A DNA stretch of 62,966 bases, counting the filler, from Welwitschia mirabilis (lineage: Eukaryota), in NCBI GenBank assembly GCA_051453625.1. It is 5 parts of one record of this genome, joined end to end, with 100 filler letters (N's around TTAATTAATTAA, not from the genome) between each part and the next. Parts side by side here need not be neighbours in the genome. Positions count along the whole stretch, not along the records: positions 1 to 23,430 come from JBOZIK010000001.1; 4 more parts are not named here. One strand, 5' to 3'. The notes under the pieces are model-generated. The model worked only from the letters and a program-made list of their open reading frames with translations, ran no database searches and was not told the DNA's origin. Position 1 is the stretch's first letter. Every line of letters starts with the position of its first letter. Made by a program: the position numbers and the translations under genes. This document shows positions 1 to 13,859 of this stretch, piece by piece.

Positions 1-690
1 CTTTAAAATTAAAATCAAATTCACTTGCAAAATTACAATCAGAAATTTCAGGAAATTCTAAGGTTTGTATACCTGGACTATTTTGACTTTCAAATTCAAA
101 ATTAAGCAAACCTTCTTGGATATTTTCTACAATAAATTATAGCTCTCTCTGATATTTTTCACCTTTTTTGATCTTAACCATTCAATTTCAGTGCTATTCT
201 GTGCATCATCCTGTCTGTCATCCGAACAATACCTGAGACGACAGAAGCAAAAAAACATAGAAAAACACAAAACAAGGAAAAGTAGAAAAGGGAACTGTCA
301 TCCGACTATGATGTCTGGACAACTGAGGGGACGTTAGTGGTTAGTGAAAAATAAAAGAAAAAAACTAAAATAAAAATACTTACAGAGGATAATGGTACAC
401 TGGTACTGCAGCAAACATCTGAAATATTTACTAAAGCAACGACAAATCTCGATTTCCAAGTAGCCTTCCCCAGCAACGGTGCCAATTTGTTGCGGTGTGT
501 ATTTGTGCAATGTTTCATGCTTCAATATCAATCTTGTTAATTATAAATAAGATGCAAAATACAACACGCTAATATAGACTAAGTGATCCGAATATCATAA
601 TTCTGTCGAAGGCCAATGATATGGACAATAAAGAGTTGATTTCAAAAAGAAATATGTAACCTAAAATATATAATTAAATTGTAATGCATG
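1..690 (-). mobile_element. Athila-like LTR retrotransposon, younger subfamily: end of 5' LTR (488-690, runs into gap), PBS and 5' leader
   Basis: Minus strand reads ...CACACCGCAACA-AAT-TGGCACCGTTGCTGGGGA. This is an LTR terminus followed by an Athila-type PBS. CpGs are retained better than in neighbouring copies. Confidence 0.85.
467..484 (-). promoter_or_regulatory. Primer binding site (Athila/tRNA-Asp type)
   Basis: TGGCACCGTTGCTGGGGA vs the typical Athila PBS TGGCGCCGTTGCCGGGGA (2 transitions), located 3 nt from the LTR end. Confidence 0.85.
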
Positions 691-790
691 NNNNNNNNNN
701 NNNNNNNNNNNNNNNNNNNNNNNNNNNNNNNNNNNNNNNNNNNNNNNNNNNNNNNNNNNNNNNNNNNNNNNNNNNNNNNNNNNNNNNNNN

Positions 791-1043
791 CTATACTAAG
801 CCTAATTGCAATTTCCTATTTATAGCATTGATTACTTTTGAAGTGCAAATTTAGGCAACCAACAGTTTCATTTTTGGAATTAATTATCTTTCTTCTTTCC
901 TATGCTTTCAATGAGAATACAACATTTGAGTCACTTCCATTTATATTAGTATGTTGTGTTATGCAAAATCTATATATATGTATATATATGATTAATAGGA
1001 TCTAGTTTAGAACAAAATGTTTATACAAATACATACTACAATA
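791..1043 (+). repeat. 3' part of 5' LTR of element A
   Basis: Aligns by eye with ~12400-12653. Ends ...CATACTACAATA immediately before the PBS. Confidence 0.85.
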
Positions 1044-1499
1044 ACTTAGTGCCATTGCTAAGGAAAGCTGCTTAGAGTTTGAGGATTGTCATTGCTTAGG
1101 TGAGTGATTTAGATTTTAGTTTGGATATTTACCTATAGTAGCATAGTATTTTTATAGTAAATGTAGGTTTTTCTTCCCATAGTTTTTGTTTTACATTTTA
1201 AAATAAACATTTTGTCATCTATCTTATTATCCAAATTACTTATAATGATGATGATTTATATGCCTTAGGTTTTTCACTTTTCTTAACAACTAGGTTTTCA
1301 TATTATCCCCTTTATTGTTCAGATAACTTATTGGATGATCATCTATTTCCATACTATGTCATTTTGTGATTCTGTTGTTTTATGTTTTTCATTTATGTTT
1401 TTTTCTTTTTTTTTTGTGTTATCATCTAGGCATATCATCTATATAACCATGATATGACATACGCTAAAACAAAAATTGAGCATGCTGTGACATAGTAAA

Positions 1500-4400
1500 T
1501 TTTGATAAAAAGATAAAATTTTAGAGAGAGTGGTTATTCATTAAATAAAACACCAGAGAACATTAGATAAACTATGAACTTAACCAAGGAACAGACATCC
1601 CGGGTATGCAAAATACTTCAAAAATTTAGCAAAAATATTTTCCTACATTTATTATTTTAAAATCTATTTTTTTAAAATAAAATTTTTTAAAAGATAGTTT
1701 GGAAGAAAGTCATTTTATTACAATGTCAAATTTGTTGCAAAAACAAACATAGATTTCTTCATGTAATCCCCCTATTTTTATCAGAAGTTTCACTACTACG
1801 TCCATAAATCTGAATGCTCATGTCATTCTTAAAAAACTTATAGCAAATAAAGAACATGAAATACAAATCTCTTTTGACCTACCTTCTAGTAATAATATTG
1901 AGTTAACAAATTTAGATGCCTAATCTATTTTTAAGGGAGAAAATGATAAAGACCTCTTACAACATATATCCAAGATTGAACAATTAGTACTTACTTCTAG
2001 AAATGGTAAAAAATGAATTAGTTATCATACCATCACTCTAAAAGGAAAACCTAAATTATGGTTAAGAATCATTCTACAAAAAAGTTTAAAAACATGGAAC
2101 TAAGTTTAATATGCATTTATAAAAAGATTTATGAGTGAAACAATTATAAAAAAAGAAATAAAGAAGTAACTAACTTCTAATAAGAACCTAAAAAAGATTA
2201 TGCCTTCACTTATGAAATATTTTTTTGTTTCCATACATTATAAACCTATAGATGCTTTTACTCAAGAAGAATTAGTAGATTACTTTTATAGTGGACTTAA
2301 TAACTTAAAAAAAAACTTGTACGTTTTTCATGTATAGGAAATTTGATGAATCACACATTAAAGATGAATGAAAAGTATTAGAAGAACTAGTAGAAGTAAG
2401 TTAGACATGGCCTAAATCATTTCCTAAAGAAAATGATTCCATAGGCCAAATTATAAAAGACCTTAAAGAAGTTAAATAAGAAAAGGAGGAAGTAAAAATA
2501 GAGAAAGAACCAATGAATGTTATTAAATTTCATCACAACACTAGAAAAATATACTCAATTGACCTTAGATGCTAAGGTAATAGCTAAAAAGTATATAGTT
2601 GTAATTTCAACTTGTAATTTATGTAAAGATAACTATCATAAAATAAAATATTATCTTTTACTACCAACCTACAAAGAAAAAATTTATGAAGAGATGTGTA
2701 AATTTAATAAGAGTATTTAAACTTTAGAAATCAAAACCAGAACCAAAATTAAAACCAATTTCAACCTAGGATGAAGGATAATTGATTTGTAATTTTTTGA
2801 GAATAAGTTTAAAAACTTTTAATAAAATCATCCTAATTTTTAACCATTTAGAATTAGATTTAAGAATGCTAACTTTCAAAAAATTAATTCAAAATTTCAA
2901 CCAAGTAACTCTAATTGTTAAGTAAGCACATCAAACTCACAAAACCAAAATGATCCACTTATAAATTTCATTGATGAGTTAAAAAAATTTAAAGAGAAAA
3001 AAATTCAAACATTAATAATGTTATTAATGTTCTATAACAAACTATACTTGCTAATCAAAGACCATAAGAGCCACTTACAATACAACCTTTATCAAACCCT
3101 AATGAAGTTAAAAAAAGATTGTAAGGTTATGATAAGAAGTGGAAATGATATAATACGTCCTACCTAAGAGGCTTCAGCAACCCAAAATAATAAAAATGAT
3201 AATGATGAAGAAGATATCAAAATCTTAGAAAATCATACTTTTCCTTCTCTTTAAATGATGATTAAAAAAATCTTTATCATAAAGGTAAGAAAACTATTAC
3301 TTCTTGGCTTGATAGATTAAATACTAATCTTATATTTGATGAAAATATTAAAACCTTAATGAAAAATATAGGCATAAATTAACCATTTTGGAAATTTTCG
3401 CAAGAAAATCCCAAATATTTTAAGTTATGAAAAGATCTAATTAGGAGGGAAAAAATAAACTATTCCTAATAAAGTATTTCTAGCCCAATATATAATCAAT
3501 TTAGTCTTATAAAAATGTATAAAGTAAGGATTCAAGGGTAGAAACTATAGTGTCACTCTAAAATAAAAAAATAGAATAAAGAAAGCCTTAATTTATATAG
3601 GAGAAAGTGTTAATATTATGCCTCTACACATTTTTTAAAAACTTGGTTTGAAAAGTAGAATTAAGCCTATAAGGATTGTCTTAGAATTAGTTGATATATT
3701 AGTGAAGAAAACTTTAAGAGTAATCAATGATTTAGTAATTTAAATAGAAGAAGAATTATATCTTATAGACTAATTAGGATTGAAGTTAAGCAAAATGGAG
3801 GTTATCTACTACTTCTAAGTAGAGCTTTTTGTGCAACAACACATTGTATTATCGATATTAGAACTGGAATCATATAATGTCACTTAGAAAATAAAAAGTT
3901 TACTATTAGAATATTTCATATTCCTAAAAAGGATTTAGGTGATGAATTCAATGTTGTAAAAGAGATTAAACCTAGTTTATTCTTATAGAATTGTCCACTT
4001 GAGGAAAGATGATTAATGCTTCATGAGCCAACCTTGTTTAACAATCTACTGGAAGCAAAAAATTTTAAAGATTTGGATGATCATCAACTTAACTATAAGC
4101 ATATAGAAACTAATTATTTTAATCAAAAGAGTAGAAAAAACTAAAACTGTAAACTATGTAGAAGTTTAAAATCTAAATAAAATTGAGATTTCTTATTTTA
4201 AGGGATGTCGTCCACTACTATCATCTAGATGAAAGTTTGAGATGATAGTAAATTTTGATAAAAAGTTAATTAAAAATAAAAATCTAAATTTAAATTTGAA
4301 ACCTTTACCTAGTGGACTAAAATATATCTTTATTTGTAATGATCAAAACAAACCTCTAATAATAAACAAAAATCGTTTGACTCAATAAGAGTTAATTTTA

Positions 4401-7330
4401 ATCTCATTATTAAAATCTAAGGTTAATGTGTTTGCTTGGTCTCATAAAGATTTAATATCCATTTCTACCTTTATTATTTAACATAAAATATACCTTTAGT
4501 TTAATATAAAGCCTTTTATGTAACCCTAATGTAGACTAAATCCAGTACTTATATAGGTCATAAAAAATAAAATCATTAAATTAATAAACGCTGGAATTAT
4601 TTATGCCATAGCTAATAGTGAGCGGGTTAGCCCATTGATAGTAGTGCCAAAGAAATGTGGAAAGTGGAAAATTTGTATTGATTTTACAAAATTAAATGTA
4701 GTAACCAAGAAAGACCATTATCCTTTACCTTTTCTTGATGAGATACTTGATAGAATCTAAGGACATTCTTTTTATTATTTTCTTGATGGGTACAGTGGTG
4801 ATAATTAGGTTTTCATTGCTAGTAAGGGTTAGAATAAAACTACCTTTACTTCATATTTTAAAAATTTTACTTTTAGACATATTTCTTTTGAACTTTGAAA
4901 TGCTCTTAGTACAGTTCAACATGAAATGATGGGTATCTTTNNNNNNNNNNNNNNNNNNNNNNNNNNNNNNNNNNNNNNNNNNNNNNNNNNNNNNNNNNNN
5001 NNNNNNNNNNNNNNNNNNNNNNNNNNNNNNNNNNNNNNNNTACTTTTAGACATATTCCTTTTGAACTTTGCAATGCTCTTAGTACAGTTCAACATGAAAT
5101 GATGGGTATCTTTTCTGATATGTTAGAGGATTCAATAGAATTTTTTATAAATAACTTCTCAATCTATGGTAAAAATCTTAAAAAATTCCTAAAAAGGTTA
5201 GAGAAAGTCCTTAATAAATTCATTACTAATGGCCTACATTTGAGTTGGTAGAAAAGTTTCTTTTTAGTTAATAGTGGAAATCTCTTCAATCATTACATTT
5301 TAGATAAAGGAATTAGGATGGTCCCAAAGAAGTTAGTATCATTAAAAATCCAACTCTTCCAATAAATGTAAAATAAGTTTAATTCTTCCTTGGTTATTAT
5401 GGTTTTAATCATCATTTCATTCAAAATTATGCTAAAATTTATAAACCCCTTCACTTGTTACATTAAAAAGAAGATAAATTTAATCAGAATAAATCTTGCC
5501 AACTTACTTTGATAGACTTAAAGATAAAATCTCTTTTTCACATATTGTAATGGGGCTTAATAGGAATAAATATTTTAAGTTAATGTGTAATGCTAGTAAC
5601 TTTTCCATGAATGGAATGATTAGATAAAAATATGAAAATGATTTTAAGTTATATCTTATTATAGTAAAACTTTTTCTAAGGCTTAAATGAATTACACTTC
5701 TACAAAAAAGAAATGTTGGTGATTATAAGTTTGCCTTGATATGCTTAGATATTATTTTTTAGGGTTTCATATAAATGTTTATACCAACTAAGTAATAATT
5801 AGATACCTCATGACCAAAAATGATTCTAGTGCTAAACTTATTAGATGGTTCCTTCTTACGCAAGAATTTAATTCAACCATTATTAATAAAGTAGGAAAGC
5901 ATAATAGTATAGCAGATAATTTGTCATGTCTTTCTTTCTCTCTTGATATTCTTATGGGTAATGACTCTTTTTTAGATGAACAACATTTTGCCATATCTTC
6001 TACTTATTATCCTCCTTGATATGTTGACATTGTTAATTACCTTTCTACTATGAAAACATCATAACATTGGACTTATAATAAAAGAAAATCCTTTTTCCAT
6101 AGAATAGTAATTATCAATGGATAGAGGAACCTATTTATTATAGGTGTAAAGACCAAATCATGTAAAAAATTTTTGCTTAAATGGAAAAAACCTGACATCC
6201 TTTATATTTGTTATGGTAGTGTTTGTGAAGGTCATTTTGATGAATAGAAAATAGCTATGGAAATCCTCCACTCTACTTTTTATTAACCTAGACTTTTTCA
6301 AGATTCTTTGGATTTTGATAGAAGGTGTAATGTTTGTCAACATTATGATATTCTTATTAATTTTCAAGAGATGCCCTTTAAACCTATTCTAAAATGTAAA
6401 ATTTTTGATTATTGGGAAATTGATTTTATAGGCCATATTAAATCACATTCTAATAATAAGAACTATATTTTAATGGATTTTGATTATGTTATTAAATGGG
6501 TTAAAGATATTCCTAATTCTATGAATAATGCCCAAACTATTTGCATAATTCTTAAAAATCATATTTTTAAAAATTTTGATTTTTAAAAGATTATTATTAG
6601 TAATCAACAAACTTATCTTATTAATTAACTTTTTAGAAAACTTCTTTTATCTATTGAAATTAAAATAGAGTAGCTTATGCTTATCATCCATAAACCAATG
6701 GTTAAGTTAAAAATGCAAATAGAGAAATTAAGAAAATTCTATAAATACTTGTTTCTATTAATAAGAAATTTTGGACTTCTAAACTTAACAATTTTCTTTG
6801 ATCTTATCATACTACTTGATGTAATTCTCTTGATTTTTCACATTATGAACTAGTATATAGAAAAGTGTGTATTTTACCTATTGATGTATGTTATAATACT
6901 TATCATTCTTCTAATAAACTTAACCTTGTAGACTTTTATGAGAATTTTAAACATAGATTAATCCAACTTAATCATATAGATGAAAAACTTACTCATGCTG
7001 TTTATCAACAACTACACAAAGCCTAAGCTATGTTCAAGCATGATAGGAAATTACTTCATAAAAAGTTTAAACCTAGTCAACTTGTCCTTTTCTATAATAC
7101 TAGAGTAAATCTTTTTAATAACAAGTTTACCTTTAAATGGTTAGATCGTTATATTATAGAGAAATTACGTTCTAACAGTTTTATTGATATTTCTAACTTA
7201 AAAACTAATAAGATTCAAAAAAATTAATAGATAAAGGTTAAAAATATTCAAAAAAAAATCTTTTGATGTAATCTTGAACATGATAAAAGAAATTATTTTG
7301 GAGGTTCTTCTAAATGAAGAGGAATTCTAC
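1500..7330 (+). pseudogene. Disrupted gag-pol polyprotein of element A (gag, aspartic protease, RT, RNase H, integrase)
   Basis: Protease KALIYIGESVNIMP (~3580). RT VSPLIVVPKKCGKWKICIDF..KDHYPLPFLDE..YFLDGYSG (4620-4800), with catalytic DD decayed to FINNF (~5145). RNase H ..LIRWFLLTQEF (ORF 5810-6019). Integrase CNVCQ..FDYWEIDFIG..YVIKWV (ORF 6308-6586), with tail KWLDRYIIEK (ORF 7030-7227). Many stops and frameshifts. Confidence 0.92.
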
Positions 7331-9029
7331 CCTATCATTCTTTGACTTCTCTCTTAACTTATTTCTTTAGTGGATGTTATGATGTTACTTGATCATCTTA
7401 TAAACTTGAATTATGTATTTACTCTATAAAGTTTATATGATTATTATTTGTACTTGAGCATTTTTATAGTGATAAGATTGGATTCATCTAATCTTAAGAC
7501 ATTTCCATGTCTATGACCTTCATTTTAAAAGAATATTTCTTAGTTCCTTTACTTTTTTGTTTTAATAGCATAAGGTCTTTAATTGTTTAGGTGTGTTTTT
7601 TTCTATCTTTTATTTCACTTATTCACCTTTATCATTTTGAATGTTAATCATGTGGAAATTATTTATGTTATTAATTTAAAAAAATAAAAAAAAAGAAAGA
7701 AAATAATGATAATAATCTATTGTAATTATAATTAAAAAAAATACATGATCACCATGATGTCCTACTACACCAAGGTAATTTTTTTTAAAAGGAACCTTTG
7801 ACAGTGTTGGTAGCTATGGAAACTTCATTTAGGAGTTAGTTATTCATGATTTATGATGTACTTACTTCTCTAACTATGGCTAAACTCCCCTTATCGTCGA
7901 AAGTTATAATAAAATTTAAGGTTATAAAAGTAATGATATTCTTAGAATTATCAAAAGTATTTCTTGTTTCCTAGACTTTTAGTATTCCCACATGTGTTTT
8001 GGGGTGTAAATAAGTGAGCTTATTTCGAAGTGACTTTTGGTCTTATCATTTATTATTCTAAGCACTTGATCTGTGGTGTCATTGTATCACTATCGTTTTT
8101 AGTGGAACTTTATAAAATCAATACATTTCATCATGCATTTTTACTTAAGTGGCTTTATGATGTATTTTAAGGGGGTTTTCTATATTAGAATTTAGGATAG
8201 GTAAGCTATCTTCTTCATATNNNNNNNNNNNNNNNNNNNNNNNNNNNNNNNNNNNNNNNNNNNNNNNNNNNNNNNNNNNNNNNNNNNNNNNNNNNNNNNN
8301 NNNNNNNNNNNNNNNNNNNNTATCCTTCTATCTATTTTTAATTTATTTTTCTTTGATTCTTTAGTTTGTTATTTCAAAGTCATTTCCATACTTTTTCATC
8401 CTCATCTAGAACCATATTATTTAGTAGTTTACTTATTGTTATTCATGGAATTTCTTTTAACATTTTATTTTTTTAGCATTTTAATTAAATAATAATATTT
8501 TATGCTTCATAGTTTTTATGAGATTCCTTTGTATCTTTTGGAGTTTTACATTTTTTCCTATTTATTTTTTAGTTCAAGAACATTTGTTAAATCTTTCTTA
8601 CCAAGTTTTAATCTACTTAGTATATTTTTATCACCCTAGTTTTCATTTATTTTGAGTTTTTTCTATCATCATGATTTGTCATGACTTTTTGTCATTTTCT
8701 TTTTTGAAACCTTTTTATTCATTCTGTTACCTTCATGCTTATATCTGAGCCTAACTTGCTTGGTTGACATTTTTATTATTTAAAACTTTTTAAAAGTTTT
8801 GTCATTCACTTGATCATCTAGATAACATTAGAGAAAACTTTGAGATTTTTTCTAATAGTTTTTCTAGGTTTGTTATCTTAACGATGTAACTAGATGATAG
8901 TGAGACAAAGCCACAACTTCAATTCTTTTTCATCATTTTTCTTTCCATTCTCTATTATTTTCACCCATTCTCTTAAGAGATGATAGTATTTCTAGTTCCT
9001 ATTGATGTGCTTAAACTTGTCCCTACCAA

Positions 9030-10790
9030 ATTCATCCACTAGATTTCTGGATTTTAGCAAATTTTTAAAATGAGGTATGTTTTTTTATCCCTTATTTTTT
9101 TTAATTTTTTCTTTTATTTCTTATCCTTTTGATGCATAGTTTCCAATATGGTGTTTATGTTTTTAAGCTCTTAAATTAGAAACTCATAGATTTAATTTTT
9201 ACTACATATTTTAAAAGATATAATAAATTGTGCATTCTATGAGGTACAATTAGGCTTTTAAATTTAAACACATTTTCTTACACACTATAAGCCAAAACAT
9301 AGTGTTCTTTTAGGGTAAATAGATCAGTATGATGTGCTCTACATTTCTAGTGGATTAGATTTTGTTAATTTAAGAACTTTTATTTTTTTGCTTATGTGGG
9401 ATCCATCTAAAATACAATTTTTAACTTTATGCACATTTTACATTTTTCTACATATGACTAGGTAATACAAGATGCACTAACACTTTTAAGGAAGGAGCAA
9501 GACATATTTTCACAATTTTTACACATTTTTAAACCAATATTTGGGGTTATTTCAAGCATTTACATGATGTATTTTAGCTATATTCACTAGATTGTGCATG
9601 ACATATAGCATATTTATGATTTAGTAGGCCATGTGTACATAGAGCTAAAAAGGTTAATGCTAAGGCAAAAGTTATTAAGTAGAGGTAGATCCACTAGGAT
9701 GCAGAACTAGTACATCCCCCACCTTGACATGCTAGATCTCTTACTATCCAGATAGCTACTATTTGTGTTGAGAGATACTCTAGGGATTTTATGAGCTGAT
9801 TAGCGCTAGAGGTAAATTAAAGGCTCATAGAATTATAGCTCCAATAGATCTTAGATGCATAGGGGTCATACTATGTATCTAAGGTTATGGAATTCTAGGA
9901 CACCATACATTTAGAGTGTCATCTTGATGCCTATGAACAATTAGTTATACATGATTATAGCCATTATTTGGGGCCATGAGATTATAGTTCTCCCAAAACT
10001 AATTATAACAGTGACATATCTTGGTGTATTAGGAGTATTCATATATATTCAACTATTGGGATGTAGGATTACCACACATACAATGAAACATTAGATATCC
10101 TAGTAGATTTAACATTAGATAGGTGGAGTATCTGATGACATAGTTAACTCCTGCCTATTAGATTTTACACAAAGGACTAATTCACAACATCAGTTTATAT
10201 TTTTATGATAATAATGCTATAGTATCCCACTTACAGATACTAGTAAAGTTTAGATAGGGTAATTAGATGGACTTACCCACATTTATATGGAGGAGACTTA
10301 GGTTCATGATAGAGGAATGATAGCTATAGACTTTGGGATATTCATTCCTTCTCATAGTCATGTTTATATGCTTTGATATACTAGAGCTTGTAGATGCATA
10401 GTGATTCACACATATATAGACTTTATCTCATTACCTACAGGACATAGGCATATAGGTACTAGGAAAGGCAAAGAGACCTTAGTTTTAAAGACCTGTAGTG
10501 GGTACTTTACTTAAGTAGATTTATGTTGTTCTAGCAAAGATCACTTAGAATATTAAAGGCATTATAGACCAAGGAATATCTACATTAGAGTATAGTATTT
10601 AGATGGTTGAGAAAAGGATTTGGATGATTGAGAGAAAAGTACAATACAATAGAGAGTAGCTTGTAGATGTGTGATAGTGCATCTTATGGATAGATCAAAG
10701 TGTGATGGTGGATCTTCTAGAGACAGTCTAAGTATAGGAAGATAAAATGGCATAGACTATTATGACATTGATATATTACTGTTTCCCTAT
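9030..10790 (+). pseudogene. Decayed accessory (env-like position) ORF of element A
   Basis: A purine-richer, coding-like block between integrase and PPT, colinear with ~25590-27300 in element C. The peptide LAIFTRLCMTYSIFM matches LEIYT*LCMTFYAFM in C. Confidence 0.5.
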
Positions 10791-11401
10791 TAATCTTGAG
10801 CATTCTCCCTTTTCTTCTTCTATAGCTAAGCCTGCTATCCATTAGGATTTTATCATGACTTGATGAAGGGAGTGACTTCTTATTATTGTATTTTTCGTAT
10901 CTTCCATTCTATATATTATACTAAAACTTATGATATATATATCTTATTTTTTAGTATCAGCCTTTTGTATGTTTTTATTATTAGACTTCGTGCATACTTT
11001 TATATACCATTTTTAACACTTTATAATGAGGACTATTTGTATTATTCATAATTATCTTTTTTCTATTGTACATATCAGTGGGAGGGATACTGATTATCAT
11101 TATATTTAATGTCTATTTTTTTTGGAAATTTGTTTAACAGGTTTTTAATTTTTTAAGAATATTTTTTAAATATATCATTCCCTATATTATCCAACATCCA
11201 ATAGGATGATAGAGAAATGCACTACATAGGTGAAATGTTTAGTTCTCTATTTATTACTTTTTTGTCCTACATTCTGAGATTTCTAAAAATCGTTTTGAAT
11301 ATAATTCATAATTCCTTTAATACTTTATTAGATAATTTGACTAGTAATTACAGTTGTTCACTTAGTCTTATTAGGGACTGATAAGGCTAAGTGAAAGGCT
11401 A

Positions 11402-12653
11402 TGTTGTACTATCAAATTATATGTATTTGATAGGGTATTTTAAGTAGTTTTGTAGGACATTAGATAGGTTTATGTTAAATTTTAATGATAATTTTTAGTT
11501 AAGACAAGTAACACAAAAACATGTAATCTTCATTACATTTTATAGCATTTAAAGTAATTTATAATATTTATTATTTAACATGAAAATCCTATAAACAAAG
11601 AGGCCAATGCAATACATGGAGAACTTTACAAGAGCCTATTGTCCACTTCATCATCCATTCAACTGTAGGATGATAAAAATACTTAAGCTAAGGAGAAAAT
11701 TAACTAGATTAATCTAGTGGCTGATGTGGAATAATTATGAGGTGGCATCATCTCCTACATCATCCAAATGACTAGTAGGATGAAACTTAAAATAAAATGC
11801 TTCATCAAGCTTAATCAAACTTTGGCCATTTATCTCACATTTTCTTGCATGGTTGTTAGGGTTTTTCATGTGCTAGTTAGTTTTTTATGATTTTAAAGTG
11901 TGTTTTATAATAAATACTTATTTTACCCTTGACTCCATTTTGTATGTTCATTTACAGTAGAAATTCTTATGATAGGAGATCGAGGGGTCAAAGATCTATT
12001 CATTTTTATTTCAAAGAAGTGTATTCTTAGTATTGGGCTATGTATTCTTCATTGAGCTGCTACTACTTTGTAATAAGGATATTGGTTTACTTTTAATCAA
12101 AACTCCTTGTTTCTTTCTATACCATTTATTTTGTGCATGTCTCTTATGATTTATGTTGATTCTAATTCCATGGTAGCTTCTTCAGTAATATAGATCATGA
12201 AGATAACCTTTGTTAAGATTGACATTATTAGTTTAGGTACATTGCATTTCATTTTTTAGATTAACTTTACATTGTTTTTACATTCTGTCCAATGTACCTA
12301 ATATTCTAGGTTGGTCTTGATCTAGTGATGACTTTTATTGATTGATCTAGATTACACAAGATCAATCTCTGTAATAGGTTAATTTGGTAATAAATTGAAA
12401 GTTACATTTAGTTTAAACTTGTATTTTATTTGCATAGTATATTTGAATTGTTATTTTATTCTATTTTAGGAATACATAGTATTTTATTTTTGAAATCAAT
12501 TCTCTTTTTTCTTGCCTATAACTTCAACAAGAATATGACATTTGGATTACTCCCATCTATATTAGTGTGTTATGTTATGCAAAATTTATATATATTTGTG
12601 ATTAATAGGATCTGCTTGAGAATGTAACATTTGCACAAATATACACCACAATA
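11402..12653 (+). repeat. 3' LTR of element A (~1.25 kb)
   Basis: Starts TGTTGTACTATCAAAT after the PPT and ends CACCACAATA (decayed CAACA). Homologous to the LTRs at 27910-29145 and 31099-32297. Confidence 0.9.
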
Positions 12654-13041
12654 AGTTATCATCTTGCTAGTCATCTAGATGTTACAAGAGATGATGTTGC
12701 ATCATAAATGATTAACATTCACTACTAGATTAGTTCAATAAGTTTCCTACTTAACATAAGTTCTTTTGTCATCTATACTACTATTTGCATAATAAGATGG
12801 ATGGTGAGTTTTATAAAGATGTTTCTTATATCTAATTAGCCTCTTTAATTATAAGATTACTTATTCAAATAAGAAGTATTATAATTTGTCTTAAATGCTA
12901 TTAAATGTAATGCAAATTACATGTTTTTGTGATATTTTCCTTAGCTCTCAATTGTCATTAAAACTCAACATAAACCTATCTAGTGTTCTACAAAACTACT
13001 CAAAATACCCTAGTAAATATATACATATTGGTAGTGTAATA
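12654..13041 (-). repeat. First ~390 bp of 3' LTR of element B, truncated by element A
   Basis: Reverse complement aligns to 11402-~11790. It abuts the end of A's 3' LTR exactly. Confidence 0.85.
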
Positions 13042-13859
13042 TAGTCCCTCCCACTTAGCCTTGTCGATCCCTAACAAAACTAGATAAGCAACCATGGTTA
13101 TGAGTCAAATTGGTTAAAAATAAATCAACTAATGAACTATAAAATATACTCAAAAATCTTAGAATGCAAATCAAAACTATTAAAAATAGATAACTGAACA
13201 TTTCACTTATGCAGAATAAGTGGTTGTACTATATTCCCTATGGTCATCCTAATGATGGAGGGGATGATAGGCTTAAAAATTATTCTTAAAAATAGAAGCC
13301 TGTGAAAAATGTTTTAGAAATATAAATTTTAAAACTTAATAGAATTAATAGTTATTCACTTAAATATACAACATATCATGCAAAATAATTATGTACAACA
13401 TAAAAAAACATCATCATGAAATGTCTTAATAATATGTAAATGACATGTAACATATCTAAAAAAAATGATCATAAAATGATACTTAAAAAATAATGTATCT
13501 ATAAAAACATGAGTTTTTAATATAATCCATGGAGGTAAGATACATAATATAATCTAGTAGATCATTCCTTTCATCATGCCAAAATAAATTCTTAATGTGT
13601 AATAGGCTCATGTGTAGGTAAAGAAGATTGAAAATGCTCAATATCTATAGGGAGATAATGGTTAAGGGCTATCATAATGGAATGAGTAGTCTCATCTCCT
13701 TATGCTTTGACTACCTTTGGGATGTCAACTGTTACATCATGCTTAATATGTAATATATAATGGAATATATTACTCAGTTGCTTCTCAATGTGCTAAACTC
13801 TTCTTTCAATTATGGATGTACTTTGATAATCATGAAAATGTGTAGAACTCCAAAAGATT

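Larger units (their letters stand above)
791..12653 (+). mobile_element. Element A: near full-length degenerate Athila-like Ty3/gypsy retrotransposon
   Basis: In order: 5' LTR end (791-1043), decayed PBS TAGTGCCATTGCTAAGGA (1047-1064), gag-PR-RT-RH-IN remnants, long 3' region with accessory ORF remnant, PPT AAGTGAAAGG, and 3' LTR 11402-12653. Confidence 0.9.
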
